Origin: a virus
Lineage: Duplodnaviria > Heunggongvirae > Uroviricota > Caudoviricetes
Virus record (IMG/VR): IMGVR_UViG_3300014208_000025
Location: 1 to 52,966 of that record
DNA length: 52,966 nt
Direction: 5' to 3' (one strand)
Part shown: positions 9,621 to 19,114 of the stretch, piece by piece
Numbering within the stretch: the stretch's first letter is position 1
How the letters are laid out: each line of letters opens with the position of its first letter
Position numbers and translations under genes: made by a program
The notes under the pieces: model-generated
Seen by the model: the letters and a program-made list of their open reading frames with translations, nothing else
What the model was told of the DNA's origin: nothing
Database searches by the model: none

Positions 9621-11951
9621 ATGATACCCGTAATTGATAAACCCGAAGTTATCAATTCAGGAGAACCGATACTCCGAATTGACATGCGCCAGATGGATCC
9701 GGAGGACATTCAAACCATGTTGGAACAATCCCGCAACGGTTTTTATTCCAATAAGGAATTGGCTCCCATCCGTGAATATTCCACCAATGCTCGGGATGCT
9801 CATGTGCGTGCTGGGAAGCCCACCTTACCGATTCGTGTCACCCTTCCAACTGAAATGGAACCTGAGTTTAAGGTTCGTGATTTTGGTTCGGGCCTCTCTT
9901 ATGAAACCATTGCCGACGTTTATTTTAAGTATTGGAAGAGCACCAAGCGTTTCACTAATGATGAGAATGGTTGTCTTGGCATCGGGTCAAAGTCTGCTTT
10001 CAGTTACACGGCCATTTATACCGTAACTACGTGGTGCGAGGGAATGAAAACCGTCATCACTGGCCAAAAATCTGGATTTGCGGATGTTATCTATCGTCAA
10101 CTGAACATAACTAATGAGCCAGATGGTGTGGAAATCACTATTCCCGTCCTCCAAAAGGACATTGAGAAGTTTACGACTGAGGCGATGAATTTGTTCAAGT
10201 ATTGGGATATCCGTCCTGAGTTTGTTAATTCTGACCCGAAGTTTTTGGAAACCCACTTCTCCACGATGAACAGCAAACCGTTTCTCAGTGGTGAAGGTTG
10301 GGCGATTCGTCCTGCTGGTTACTTCAGTTGTGAATCGGTCGTTCTCATGGGAAATGTTCCATATCCGATTGATTGGAGTCAGGTTCGAAACAGTCTGCCC
10401 AAGGAAATCAGTGTTAAGATTCAAGGCATCTTTGAATTTCTCGAAGCAAACCTTACGACCTTGGAATTTCCGAACGGTACATTGGCCTTCACGCCGAACC
10501 GTGAGTCACTTCAATACAATGACGTTACGGTAAAGGCTCTCAGTGACAAGTTGGTGTTGATTTTCGACACTCTGCTCAACATGATTACCTCCAAGGTTTC
10601 TGAAGCGACGAATCTTTGGGATGCTAAAATGATTTACAACAAAGTTTTTCGAAAGGAATTGGAAGGTTTTGACAAAGGAATGTTCTACGGTGGTAATCTG
10701 GATGCCGTGGAACGGTTACTTCAAACTCGCATCCAATGGAAGGGTGTTAGTCTTAAAAATGGTTTGTTTACCGACTTGAATCGTTGGGATAAGAATGATG
10801 GTCAGGTGGATTCACATGCCAAGTATATCTCGCCGCTCTTTTCTACCTACGTCAAGAATGAAAACAAGGATAACGTCAAGGTGTGTCGCTGTAATCGGAA
10901 ACACAACAACAAGATGATTGCCTCACCCAAGTCTCTGGTCATCATCCAAGACACCCGAAAGGCTCGTTATGTCAAGGCAGAGGTGGCCTATTACCTTTTG
11001 GAAAAGGGTGGCGAGTATTCGCAGGTGTATGTCTTGAACCTCACCAACCCCAAGGTTAAGGAAGCCTTCTTCCGAAACTACTTCTTTGACAGTGTGCCGG
11101 CCCTTTACATTTCCCAACTCGAAACTATGTTGGCTCCGTATGTCAAGGCTCGTGGGGGTAACGGTGGTGGGGGTGGAAATTTCACAGGCTCCCAGCCCCT
11201 ATACTGCCCCTATTTTGAAGTGGCTCCGTTACGTGACAACGGTGTGTATCGCATGGAGTGGAATACGGCAGTTGAGAATGCTCGTGGTATCACCGGCGGC
11301 GTTTTCGTGATTTACAAAACTGTTCCGGGTCGTGGCAATGGAATGACGTTAAATGGTCAATGGTATGACAAGTCGGATGCTCGGGACATCGTTCAATCCA
11401 TCCATGACCTGTGTCAAGCCACGGACCACAAACTCGCCCGCGTTTATGGTATTCATCAACGCACAGCGGATTCTGTGTGGTTCAAAGAAGCCGTGGAAAA
11501 TGGAGATTGGATGCCATTGAATGAAGTTATGACTGACTTGGTTGAAGAATTGGATGAAACCACACTCAAACGAGTTCGTTCCTACCAAGAATTCAGTGAC
11601 GAAAAGCGTCTCGGCTCCGTGGCCGCCAAAAAGTTATTGTCTGAATTGACCAACAAAAGCAGTCCATTTTATCAACACTGTCAACTGATTGTGGATTTGA
11701 TCCCATCACTCTGTCTCTATGACGCTCTCAAATATTTCACCAAACACCTTGGTAATGACAAATTCGTTTGTGCTGAAATGAAGGCGTCATCTAAGGAAGT
11801 GGTGAAACGATACTCGATGATTTTCCGACACATCAATTCCAGCGCCATTCAGAACTGTGATAAAAAGGAAAGGTATTACAAATTGGAGGGTGCCGAATTA
11901 ACTGAAATTGTGGAGTACATAAATCTTGTGGATTCGCACTTGACAAAGTAA
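9621..11951 (+). CDS. rIIA: RIIA-like protein (N-terminal GHKL ATPase fold)
   Basis: YSNK..APIREYSTNARDAH, RDFGSGL, STK, GCLGIGSKSAFSYT, PNRESL; precedes an rIIB-like gene. Confidence 0.85.
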   Translation: MIPVIDKPEVINSGEPILRIDMRQMDPEDIQTMLEQSRNGFYSNKELAPIREYSTNARDAHVRAGKPTLPIRVTLPTEMEPEFKVRDFGSGLSYETIADVYFKYWKSTKRFTNDENGCLGIGSKSAFSYTAIYTVTTWCEGMKTVITGQKSGFADVIYRQLNITNEPDGVEITIPVLQKDIEKFTTEAMNLFKYWDIRPEFVNSDPKFLETHFSTMNSKPFLSGEGWAIRPAGYFSCESVVLMGNVPYPIDWSQVRNSLPKEISVKIQGIFEFLEANLTTLEFPNGTLAFTPNRESLQYNDVTVKALSDKLVLIFDTLLNMITSKVSEATNLWDAKMIYNKVFRKELEGFDKGMFYGGNLDAVERLLQTRIQWKGVSLKNGLFTDLNRWDKNDGQVDSHAKYISPLFSTYVKNENKDNVKVCRCNRKHNNKMIASPKSLVIIQDTRKARYVKAEVAYYLLEKGGEYSQVYVLNLTNPKVKEAFFRNYFFDSVPALYISQLETMLAPYVKARGGNGGGGGNFTGSQPLYCPYFEVAPLRDNGVYRMEWNTAVENARGITGGVFVIYKTVPGRGNGMTLNGQWYDKSDARDIVQSIHDLCQATDHKLARVYGIHQRTADSVWFKEAVENGDWMPLNEVMTDLVEELDETTLKRVRSYQEFSDEKRLGSVAAKKLLSELTNKSSPFYQHCQLIVDLIPSLCLYDALKYFTKHLGNDKFVCAEMKASSKEVVKRYSMIFRHINSSAIQNCDKKERYYKLEGAELTEIVEYINLVDSHLTK

Positions 11952-11968
11952 AATAAGTGTGATACCAT
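11940..11968 (+). promoter_or_regulatory. sigma70-like promoter of rIIB
   Basis: TTGACA-17 nt-TACCAT with TG extension. Confidence 0.65.
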
Positions 11969-11995
11969 TCAATCTGTAAATAGAAAATCAAAATT

Positions 11996-13054
11996 ATGAC
12001 ATATACACTCGTTCCCAATAGAAACCTCACGGTGGTTACTTCGGATTTCAAAGTCATCACCATCGCAGCCGACAACCCGAATTGGAAAGCCATTTTGGAA
12101 TGTATTCGTAAAGACGACGAAGCCGGAGTTGTTCGTCTTATGAGCATCAAGGAAACCGTCAAGAGTTTCGGCATCGGCGTTCAGAACCGTGGTGACATTG
12201 AAATTCGTGGCAGTGACGTGTATTACCGAACCGAAAAGTTGTATGGTGAAGATGTCTCACGTATTCTTTCATTTGTTCAAGACGGTATTCAACCGACCGG
12301 AATGATAAACTTCCTCGAACGCAAGTTGAAGAATCCTTCCAAACGTTCCGTTGATTCCCTCTATCACTTCCTCGAAAACAGAGGGATGCCTATTACGCCA
12401 CGGGGAACCTTCCTCGGTTACAAGGGTTTGCTAGGCGACTATGCTTCACGTAACACGGGTGTTGAACCCTTGGTTTCTGGAATTCGACTTACCAACGGCG
12501 CTATTGATAATCACATTGGTCAATCGCCTCGGGTGGAACGACGTTATGTGTGTGACGACTTCAATCAAGGTTGTGGGCCGGGGCTCCACGTTGGAAGTCT
12601 TGAATACGCTATCGATTTTGCGGAGGGTGAAGGTCGTGTGGTCATCGTGGAAGTTGACCCGGCGGATGTGGTTTCTGTTCCTAACGAGGAACATACCAAA
12701 CTCCGGACATGTGCCTACACTGTCGTTGGTGAATACACTGAGAAATTGCCCGATGTTTACACCGATGAATTCGTGCGTCCGGATGGTGAAACGGTCGTGG
12801 AAGACGAACCGATTTGTAGAAAATGTGGTTTCACGGAAGATGACTGTGACTGTGAAAATGGATTCGAGGCAGAACATATGCCACTGCCACCAGCTTCCGA
12901 TTTTCACATAGGTTATCAAACGGGTCAGACTGTTGGCCGGAATCATCAAAAACGAAAATTCTACGAAGACGACAAGGGCCGCACCTTTACGAAATTTTCC
13001 ACTACTTATGTGGATGGATACTTGAAAGGTTACAAAGACGGTCGCAGGGGATAA
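11996..13054 (+). CDS. rIIB: RIIB-like protein
   Basis: NPSKR, PITP.G.FLGYK, C..GLHVGS..YA, VEVDPADVVSVP, KLRTC.Y.VV. Confidence 0.85.
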   Translation: MTYTLVPNRNLTVVTSDFKVITIAADNPNWKAILECIRKDDEAGVVRLMSIKETVKSFGIGVQNRGDIEIRGSDVYYRTEKLYGEDVSRILSFVQDGIQPTGMINFLERKLKNPSKRSVDSLYHFLENRGMPITPRGTFLGYKGLLGDYASRNTGVEPLVSGIRLTNGAIDNHIGQSPRVERRYVCDDFNQGCGPGLHVGSLEYAIDFAEGEGRVVIVEVDPADVVSVPNEEHTKLRTCAYTVVGEYTEKLPDVYTDEFVRPDGETVVEDEPICRKCGFTEDDCDCENGFEAEHMPLPPASDFHIGYQTGQTVGRNHQKRKFYEDDKGRTFTKFSTTYVDGYLKGYKDGRRG

Positions 13055-13073
13055 TAATTTCTCCCACAAAACA

Positions 13074-13157
13074 CGGACAGATTCATTAGCGTTCCCGTCC
13101 GTTTGAAAAGTAAGGGGCGTCGTTCGATTCGGGTCGGCGACGCCCTCTTCTCTTTAA
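13074..13157 (+). terminator. two GC-rich hairpins downstream of rIIB, the second followed by a pyrimidine run
   Basis: acggac...gtccgt and gggcgtcg...cgacgccc-tcttctcttt. Confidence 0.55.
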
Positions 13158-13165
13158 GGAAAGTT

Positions 13166-13648
13166 ATGACAGACAAACAAAGACATGAATGGTTGGATAA
13201 AATCACTGACCGAGTAGCATCGGTCGTTAATACTAAATTTACCCTTCTTGACTCCACTCCCAAGGAAGAAGTTCAACGACTTCAAAATCAAACGGTGATG
13301 GATGTAGAAGAATACAATGAAACGGGTATTCTTGGGGATTACAAAGCATGGAGAGGGTCAACCGAAAATGCGTATTTCTATATTGTTTTCATGAAGGGAG
13401 TCATCACGGTCATCTGTGAAGAACGGGAGATGTTAATTGGAACACGGATTACCACATACTCCGTATTGACCAAACTTGTTAATATGTCAAAGAAATCCAA
13501 TTCCTATTCCTTGTTTGATTCCTACAACGCCGTGGAATACAAAGAAGATATGAAGAACGTAACTTTTGACGATGTAATGATGACATTGAAATGGAGGCTC
13601 CATTCCAAGAAGGTCAAGCTCAAATACGGCATGACATTCCCATCTTGA
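13166..13648 (+). CDS. hypothetical protein
   Basis: ATG at 13166 with AAGGA upstream. Confidence 0.65.
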   Translation: MTDKQRHEWLDKITDRVASVVNTKFTLLDSTPKEEVQRLQNQTVMDVEEYNETGILGDYKAWRGSTENAYFYIVFMKGVITVICEEREMLIGTRITTYSVLTKLVNMSKKSNSYSLFDSYNAVEYKEDMKNVTFDDVMMTLKWRLHSKKVKLKYGMTFPS

Positions 13649-13702
13649 TTAAAATTATGATTTCCACACACCGTTCTATATGTATTTAACAAAGGATGGA
13701 GT

Positions 13703-14311
13703 ATGGAAACAAAATCAAAACTGAAAAAATTGGAAGACCTTTCCGGTAAAAAATTCAATCGTTTAACTGCTCTCTCGGTAGATTTACCCAGAACACAGAA
13801 CGATAAATACTGGAGAGTATTTTGGATTTGTAAATGTATCTGCGGGACAATCAAATCTGTTTCATCCGCTTCGTTAAAATCCAATCATACAAAAAGTTGT
13901 GGATGTTGGAAACTTGAAAATTCAAAAGATGTTTGTCGTAAAAATTTTACCAAAGAAACAGTTGTTCCGCCGAGGCGAAATATTTTTACTCAATATGTGG
14001 CAAAATGTAAAACAAAAGGAATGGATTTTCTAATACCCGAATCTCAATTTTACAAGTTAATAGAATCGGCGTGTCATTATTGTGGGTCAGGTCCCCAAAA
14101 CACAAAAACGGTTAAACTTTCCCCAACCAAAACAAAAACGTATAGTTACAATGGCGTGGACAGAGTTGATAATTTCAAGGGTTACGTCGTTGGAAATGTT
14201 GTTTCGTGTTGTAACAACTGTAACAAGGCTAAACGGGATTTATCCTTGACAAATTTCTATAATTGGGTTAAGATGATTTACCGAAATTTGAAAACTACGC
14301 ATCAAATATGA
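13703..14311 (+). CDS. HNH-like (His-Me finger) homing endonuclease
   Basis: DLSGKKFNRLT, W.CKC.CG, KSCGC, CHYCG, NGVDRVDN.KGY..GNVVSCC..CN.AK. Confidence 0.8.
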   Translation: METKSKLKKLEDLSGKKFNRLTALSVDLPRTQNDKYWRVFWICKCICGTIKSVSSASLKSNHTKSCGCWKLENSKDVCRKNFTKETVVPPRRNIFTQYVAKCKTKGMDFLIPESQFYKLIESACHYCGSGPQNTKTVKLSPTKTKTYSYNGVDRVDNFKGYVVGNVVSCCNNCNKAKRDLSLTNFYNWVKMIYRNLKTTHQI

Positions 14312-15333
14312 TGAAACTAGCAACAATACAAGTGTTACATTCAATTCAACCACATCCAAATCCAGATGTGACAAAACTGGAAATTGGGAAGGTTAAAGAA
14401 TGGCCTGTGGTCATTCCAAAAGGGCAATTCAAAAACGGGGATTTAGTTGTTTTCATTCAAATTGATAGTATCGTGCCGGAAAGTAACTCCTATTTTGAGT
14501 TTATGCGGAAACAACATTTCCGAGTGTGGAATGCCAAATTCAAAAAAGCTCCGAGTCAGGGTCTTGTGTGTCCTCTACATATCTTGCCCAATGGTGTAAC
14601 ATACGGTGGGCCGCATGGTGTTATGCCCTCAGAAGGCGACGATGTTACCGACATTCTCGGCGTCATCAAGTATGAGAAACCGATTGACGCTTCTACGGCT
14701 GGTGATGCCAAGGGCAGTTTCCCAAGTCATTTGGTGAGCATCACCGACGAAGACAATTTGTTGAACTATCCAGAAACACTGGACGAGTTTCGTGAAGAAT
14801 TGTGCTACTTAACGGTCAAGGCTGACGGTTCAAGTATGACAGTTTTCCATAACAATGGCGAAGTCGGTGTTTGTAGCCGTCGTTTGGAACAAAAAGAAGG
14901 TACCGGCTTTTGGGTCATCGCTGACAGTTATGGATTGCCCGACAAGTTGAAGGCTCAGACATTGAATCTCGCTATTCAGGCCGAAGCCTGTGGTGGTAAG
15001 ATTCAAGGCAATCCCCTTGGTTTACAACGACCATCCATGTTCGTGTTCAATATCAAACAGATTGACACCGGTAAGTGGTATGGTTGGGAAGACATCAAAA
15101 GCACTTGTGCTTTGTTTGGTATCCCAACGGTTCAGTTGGTCATCACTCCATTCGTATTTGATGACTCGTGGAACATTGCCCGATTACAGGCATTGGCGAA
15201 TCAAGTGACTTATACAACGGCCACCGGCGAAGTAAGGAAGGGTGAAGGCATCGTTCTTCGACCTGTCACACCCAAGTATTCACCAGAATTGGGCAAGGCG
15301 TTGAGTGTGAAAATCCTCAACCAAGATTACTAA
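14308..15333 (+). CDS. ATP-dependent RNA ligase, DRB0094/Rnl5-like
   Basis: KLATIQ/HP N-terminal OB domain, SQGL, TDE, KADGSS (motif I), EACG, FVFNI, EGIV, VKILN. Confidence 0.9.
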   Translation: MMKLATIQVLHSIQPHPNPDVTKLEIGKVKEWPVVIPKGQFKNGDLVVFIQIDSIVPESNSYFEFMRKQHFRVWNAKFKKAPSQGLVCPLHILPNGVTYGGPHGVMPSEGDDVTDILGVIKYEKPIDASTAGDAKGSFPSHLVSITDEDNLLNYPETLDEFREELCYLTVKADGSSMTVFHNNGEVGVCSRRLEQKEGTGFWVIADSYGLPDKLKAQTLNLAIQAEACGGKIQGNPLGLQRPSMFVFNIKQIDTGKWYGWEDIKSTCALFGIPTVQLVITPFVFDDSWNIARLQALANQVTYTTATGEVRKGEGIVLRPVTPKYSPELGKALSVKILNQDY

Positions 15334-15365
15334 CAACAGTGGGGGTGGTACCCCCAAACTTTTTT

Positions 15366-15869
15366 ATGAACTTGAGATTCTTTCATGGAATAATAGATAA
15401 CAACTACGGTTGGGAGTTGGAGTTGTTCCGTAAGAACCGAGAATTGAAAGACGGTTTCACCACCATAGATTTGAAAATCAATTTCGACCAGTATGTGGCC
15501 GACCACAACCCACGCTTTGAATTTTCGTTGACGTTGTTTAACTTCAACATCTTTGATTTCAGTATTTACAACGTTTGGCATCTTGAACACGAACAGTCAC
15601 CGTTTTACGGTTTGTCAGACGCCGAAGTTGAAACGTTGGATGCCAGTTATCATTCACGGAAAAACTTCTATCATGGGAAAGACATTTATTGGTATCGTTT
15701 ATTTTGTGACGGGCATCCAATATCCGCCAGTACCGAGCAATTTGTGCCTCAAGGATTTTTGAGAGTGACCGATTCAGAATACTTTGAGTTTGGTGGTGAA
15801 CTATACGATGCAAAGGTCGCCCTAAAGTTAGGTGGCTTCAGAATCGTTATGGAAGGTGATGAAATATGA
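15366..15869 (+). CDS. hypothetical protein
   Basis: ORF in operon, ATGA overlap downstream. Confidence 0.65.
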   Translation: MNLRFFHGIIDNNYGWELELFRKNRELKDGFTTIDLKINFDQYVADHNPRFEFSLTLFNFNIFDFSIYNVWHLEHEQSPFYGLSDAEVETLDASYHSRKNFYHGKDIYWYRLFCDGHPISASTEQFVPQGFLRVTDSEYFEFGGELYDAKVALKLGGFRIVMEGDEI

Positions 15870-16270
15870 GTTATGCTTTATTTTTAGATGATATTAGGAC
15901 CCCAATTTCTACAAAACATGTCGATTTACCGCCATATAATTGGGTCGTAGTTAAATCGTATGATGAATTTGTAAAAACAATAATTAAGAGGGGAATTCCA
16001 TTTCATATTAGTTTTGACCATGATTTGGCAAATGAACATTACAGTGTTGGTCGTGAAACCGCCTTTACTCAATTTGATTATTCTAAAGTAAAAGAAAAAA
16101 CAGGTTTTCATTGTGCGAAATGGCTTGTGGATTACTGTCTCGACAAGCGACTTCCTCTCCCTAGTTGGCAAGTACATTCCATGAATCCCTGTGGTAAGGA
16201 GAACATTGAAAAACTCCTAAACGGATTTGAAAAATTTCAACAGAAAGACAAAAATGAACAACCTAAATGA
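15866..16270 (+). CDS. cyclic-phosphate-processing receiver-like domain protein
   Basis: LFLDDIR, SYDEF, ISFDHDL, KTGFHCAKWL, VHSMNP.G. Confidence 0.8.
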   Translation: MSYALFLDDIRTPISTKHVDLPPYNWVVVKSYDEFVKTIIKRGIPFHISFDHDLANEHYSVGRETAFTQFDYSKVKEKTGFHCAKWLVDYCLDKRLPLPSWQVHSMNPCGKENIEKLLNGFEKFQQKDKNEQPK

Positions 16271-16724
16271 CATTGGTGATAAGAAATGTGTTTTAATTAT
16301 TCTTGTAGGACCTCCAGGTAGCGGTAAAACAACATGGGGTAAGGATTTTGCGAACAAGAACAACATGACGTATGTATCCACCGATGAGATTCGTGGTGAA
16401 ATAGGCAAGGGAGAAGCGGATCAATCCGTATCTGCTGCTGCTTTCGGTGTGGCCAAACAACGAGTTTCTCAAGCTTTATCTCAAGGTAAACATACAATGA
16501 TTGACGCCACGAGTGTTAACAAGAAGGCTCGCAAGGATTGGATTAACATGGGTAGGGGTCACGGAGCGTATGTTATCTCAGTGGCTTTTGAAGTATCTAC
16601 GGATGAATTGTATCGTAGGGATGCTCAACGGCCTCGACATGTGGGCAAGGAAATCATTGACAGATTTGTTGGGAAGTATCAACGGCCCGACACAACCGAA
16701 GTTGACAAGGTAATCATTAAATAA
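16254..16724 (+). CDS. P-loop polynucleotide kinase (AAA_33-like)
   Basis: GPPGSGKTT, STDEIR, IDATS...R, R...R lid. Confidence 0.85.
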   Translation: MNNLNDIGDKKCVLIILVGPPGSGKTTWGKDFANKNNMTYVSTDEIRGEIGKGEADQSVSAAAFGVAKQRVSQALSQGKHTMIDATSVNKKARKDWINMGRGHGAYVISVAFEVSTDELYRRDAQRPRHVGKEIIDRFVGKYQRPDTTEVDKVIIK

Positions 16725-16726
16725 TT

Positions 16727-16927
16727 ATGTTGATTTCAAATCCAAAATCTATGAGAATTCGTGACCTTCATGTTGGAGATTGTTTAACGGTTGGGGAATT
16801 ACAAGAATATCTGTCTCATTTTAAGTCAGATTCTATCGTAATCACTAAATTTGGAAATAAAAATTTCCTATTAACTGGATTGGATGAATTACAAAATACA
16901 CCAATTCTTTATGTAAGTAGAAAGTAA
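16727..16927 (+). CDS. small hypothetical protein (tandem paralog A)
   Basis: Shares LT.GE...LS.FK...NKNF.L with the next gene. Confidence 0.65.
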   Translation: MLISNPKSMRIRDLHVGDCLTVGELQEYLSHFKSDSIVITKFGNKNFLLTGLDELQNTPILYVSRK

Positions 16928-16944
16928 AACAGAAAGCAAATCCT

Positions 16945-17148
16945 ATGGGAAAACAATTAAGAGTAACAAAGGTTGACCGCTCATTCAGTCTTACGGCTGG
17001 TGAAGTCAAGAACTGGCTCAGTCAAGCCTTCAAAGATACCGACCCGGTCATCTTGAAGTGTAACAACAAGAACTTCCGTTTGGTGCGAATTGACACCGTG
17101 GGAGCAAAGCCGGTTTTAATTGGCCGCCGAGGTCGTAAAGACACATGA
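16945..17148 (+). CDS. small hypothetical protein (tandem paralog B)
   Basis: Similarity to the preceding gene. Confidence 0.65.
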   Translation: MGKQLRVTKVDRSFSLTAGEVKNWLSQAFKDTDPVILKCNNKNFRLVRIDTVGAKPVLIGRRGRKDT

Positions 17149-17288
17149 AAAATTCTGAACAGGTTCGTATAATTCTGAACGACATCACGGATGATTTTGG
17201 TAAACTTCGTGGAAGTGTTGAATTGCAGTTAGAAAAACACATAAAACGAATTTACAAGAACGGTCAACGTTCCAAAAAACGACGATGA
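17145..17288 (+). CDS. 47-aa hypothetical protein
   Basis: Manual translation; ATGA overlaps on both sides. Confidence 0.55.
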   Translation: MKNSEQVRIILNDITDDFGKLRGSVELQLEKHIKRIYKNGQRSKKRR

Positions 17289-17551
17289 AATTTGTTAAAC
17301 TAATCGCCAGACCGGATACATGGTTCAAGGAAGGCACCGAAGTCTATGACTACGATGCTGACTATTCCGATAGGAAGCGAGTCACCTTGGATTATTGGAA
17401 TCAATGCGTAACCGAGGGAGGTATCTGTGTTCGTGGCATTCGAGTTTGTGAAGACAACCCAAACGAAAATGGTATGGGGTGTCATTCCGGAGAAGAACGT
17501 GAAGACGGAGAATACTGCTCGTGTGACGAGTTTAACGTGGAAATAGTATAA
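17285..17551 (+). CDS. hypothetical protein
   Basis: ATGA-coupled ORF. Confidence 0.65.
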   Translation: MKFVKLIARPDTWFKEGTEVYDYDADYSDRKRVTLDYWNQCVTEGGICVRGIRVCEDNPNENGMGCHSGEEREDGEYCSCDEFNVEIV

Positions 17552-17559
17552 GAATAGTT

Positions 17560-17757
17560 ATGAGCAGTCAAGCCGGCAAGGGAGACAAATACCGAACGTT
17601 TTCAACTGAAATGTTTGTAAACAATTATGACCAAATTAATTGGGGTCATTCAAAAAGAAAGATACACAATGGAAAACAAGATAATCAACCCAATGGAACA
17701 ACAACTAAAGGAACAATTTCCATTAGAATCGAAAATACGAAACATGAACCAAACTAA
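17560..17757 (+). CDS. small phage protein (GKG.K.R...NYD.I family)
   Basis: AGKGDKYR...NNYDQINW motif. Confidence 0.55.
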   Translation: MSSQAGKGDKYRTFSTEMFVNNYDQINWGHSKRKIHNGKQDNQPNGTTTKGTISIRIENTKHEPN

Positions 17758-18169
17758 GGGTGACGTTAAGGGAGAGTGGGTCTATTCCCAAGAGCACGGT
17801 ATTGTATGGAAGCCGACTCCGGAGGATTTGATGGGGGGTACCCCCAGTCTTCCAACCCCTCCTACGCCACCCTCCCTCCTAACCGATTTGGTCCAATGGG
17901 GGAAAACTCTTGACTTGGATAACATCAAACCAAACTCCGTAATGGTTATCAAATTGAATTCTCAAAATTCCGTTCATGCTCAACAAATGCAGCAAGGTAT
18001 CGTCAACATGGTTCTAGCCCCAAGAGCCGAGAAATTGAAAGATAAACGACTTACGGTATTGTTTATGGCGTCAGACGATAACATTGAGTTGATTGACGAG
18101 CAGGAAATGGAATCGGCTGGATGGAAAAAGAAGGAAAAGCTTCTTATCACCGATATATTTAATCGGTAA
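17669..18169 (+). CDS. hypothetical protein with Pro-rich linker
   Basis: Long ORF followed by a terminator; start uncertain. Confidence 0.65.
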   Translation: MENKIINPMEQQLKEQFPLESKIRNMNQTKGDVKGEWVYSQEHGIVWKPTPEDLMGGTPSLPTPPTPPSLLTDLVQWGKTLDLDNIKPNSVMVIKLNSQNSVHAQQMQQGIVNMVLAPRAEKLKDKRLTVLFMASDDNIELIDEQEMESAGWKKKEKLLITDIFNR

Positions 18170-18192
18170 AATAAAACAAGATTCAAAGAAAC

Positions 18193-18221
18193 AGTCCGTG
18201 GGGTTTTGACCACGGACTTTT
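18193..18221 (+). terminator. intrinsic terminator
   Basis: agtccgtgg-loop-ccacggact followed by a T run. Confidence 0.7.
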
Positions 18222-18265
18222 CTATTTATTGATGCACAGAAGGTTAAATTAACCCAAGGATGTAA

Positions 18266-18889
18266 ATGAATTGGACAACTAAACGTCGAAGGCTTCAAAT
18301 GAATGATGGGGAAGATGATTCGACAAAAATTATTTCTATAGATAAACAAAATCAAGATAATTGTATATCTGGAAACAAGATTTATTTTTATCAGGATGTA
18401 ACTCGTGAATCCATTTTAAATTTGAATCGTCAAATAGATGAAATTTCTAAGCAAGTAAAAATAATTCAATTTACTTTCAATTTAAGTGAACCTCCACCAA
18501 TCGAAATTCATATATGTAGTGATGGTGGCGAAATATATGCTGGGATGGCAGCTGCAGATAAGATTATAAATAATACTATACCCATTCATACTTATTGTGA
18601 AGGAATTGTGGCTTCCTCCGCTACTCTTTTATCAGTAGTAGGACATAAAAGATTTATTACAAAAAATTCACACATGCTTTTGCACCAGATTTCAGGGAAT
18701 TTTTGGGGAAATTTTATGCAACTAAAAGATGAAACTTTAAATTTTGAATTGATAATGAAAACAATTAAAACAGTATATCTTAAAAAGACAAAATTTAAAG
18801 AAAATAAGTTAAACGAATTATTAAAACATGATTTGTGTTTAGATTCCGAAACATGTCTAAATTATGGATTGGTTAACTCTATTATTTAG
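18266..18889 (+). CDS. clpP: ClpP-like serine protease
   Basis: IHICSDGGEIYAG, GIVASSA (catalytic Ser), MLLHQ (His), terminal GLV..I. Confidence 0.85.
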   Translation: MNWTTKRRRLQMNDGEDDSTKIISIDKQNQDNCISGNKIYFYQDVTRESILNLNRQIDEISKQVKIIQFTFNLSEPPPIEIHICSDGGEIYAGMAAADKIINNTIPIHTYCEGIVASSATLLSVVGHKRFITKNSHMLLHQISGNFWGNFMQLKDETLNFELIMKTIKTVYLKKTKFKENKLNELLKHDLCLDSETCLNYGLVNSII

Positions 18890-19055
18890 GAGTTAAACAT
18901 TTCCAATTAAAAAGAAGGTTTCTAACATCTCCATTTTTATAACATATTTTTCTTACATATTTTAGTTTGAAGCCAAACCGTTCAGCAAAATCGTGCCTAT
19001 ATCCACTAAAAGTTTCACCCGTTCTTACATTTAAGAAGTTATATCTATTCTTATG
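18882..19055 (-). pseudogene. remnant of a GIY-YIG endonuclease C-terminal DNA-binding domain
   Basis: YNFLNVRTGETFSGYRHDF matches YKFHNYFTKEEFLGTRFDF and YRFRNQLTSEEFFGVRLDF at the ends of the two intact GIY-YIG genes; no nuclease domain. Confidence 0.6.
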
Positions 19056-19076
19056 AAAAGAAAATATAAAAAGTAG

Positions 19077-19105
19077 TTGACAATCAAACAATCCCGTGGT
19101 AGTAT
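19077..19105 (+). promoter_or_regulatory. sigma70-like promoter
   Basis: TTGACA-17 nt-TAGTAT with TG extension. Confidence 0.65.
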
Positions 19106-19114
19106 TTCCATTAT

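Noticed and set aside
12446-13069. 207-aa antisense ORF and 156-aa alternate-frame ORF over rIIB
   Set aside because: Shadows of rIIB, with no start signals or motifs.
13110-13150. GTTCGATTC resembling a tRNA T-loop
   Set aside because: The flanking T-stem pairs poorly and no cloverleaf or CCA end can be built.
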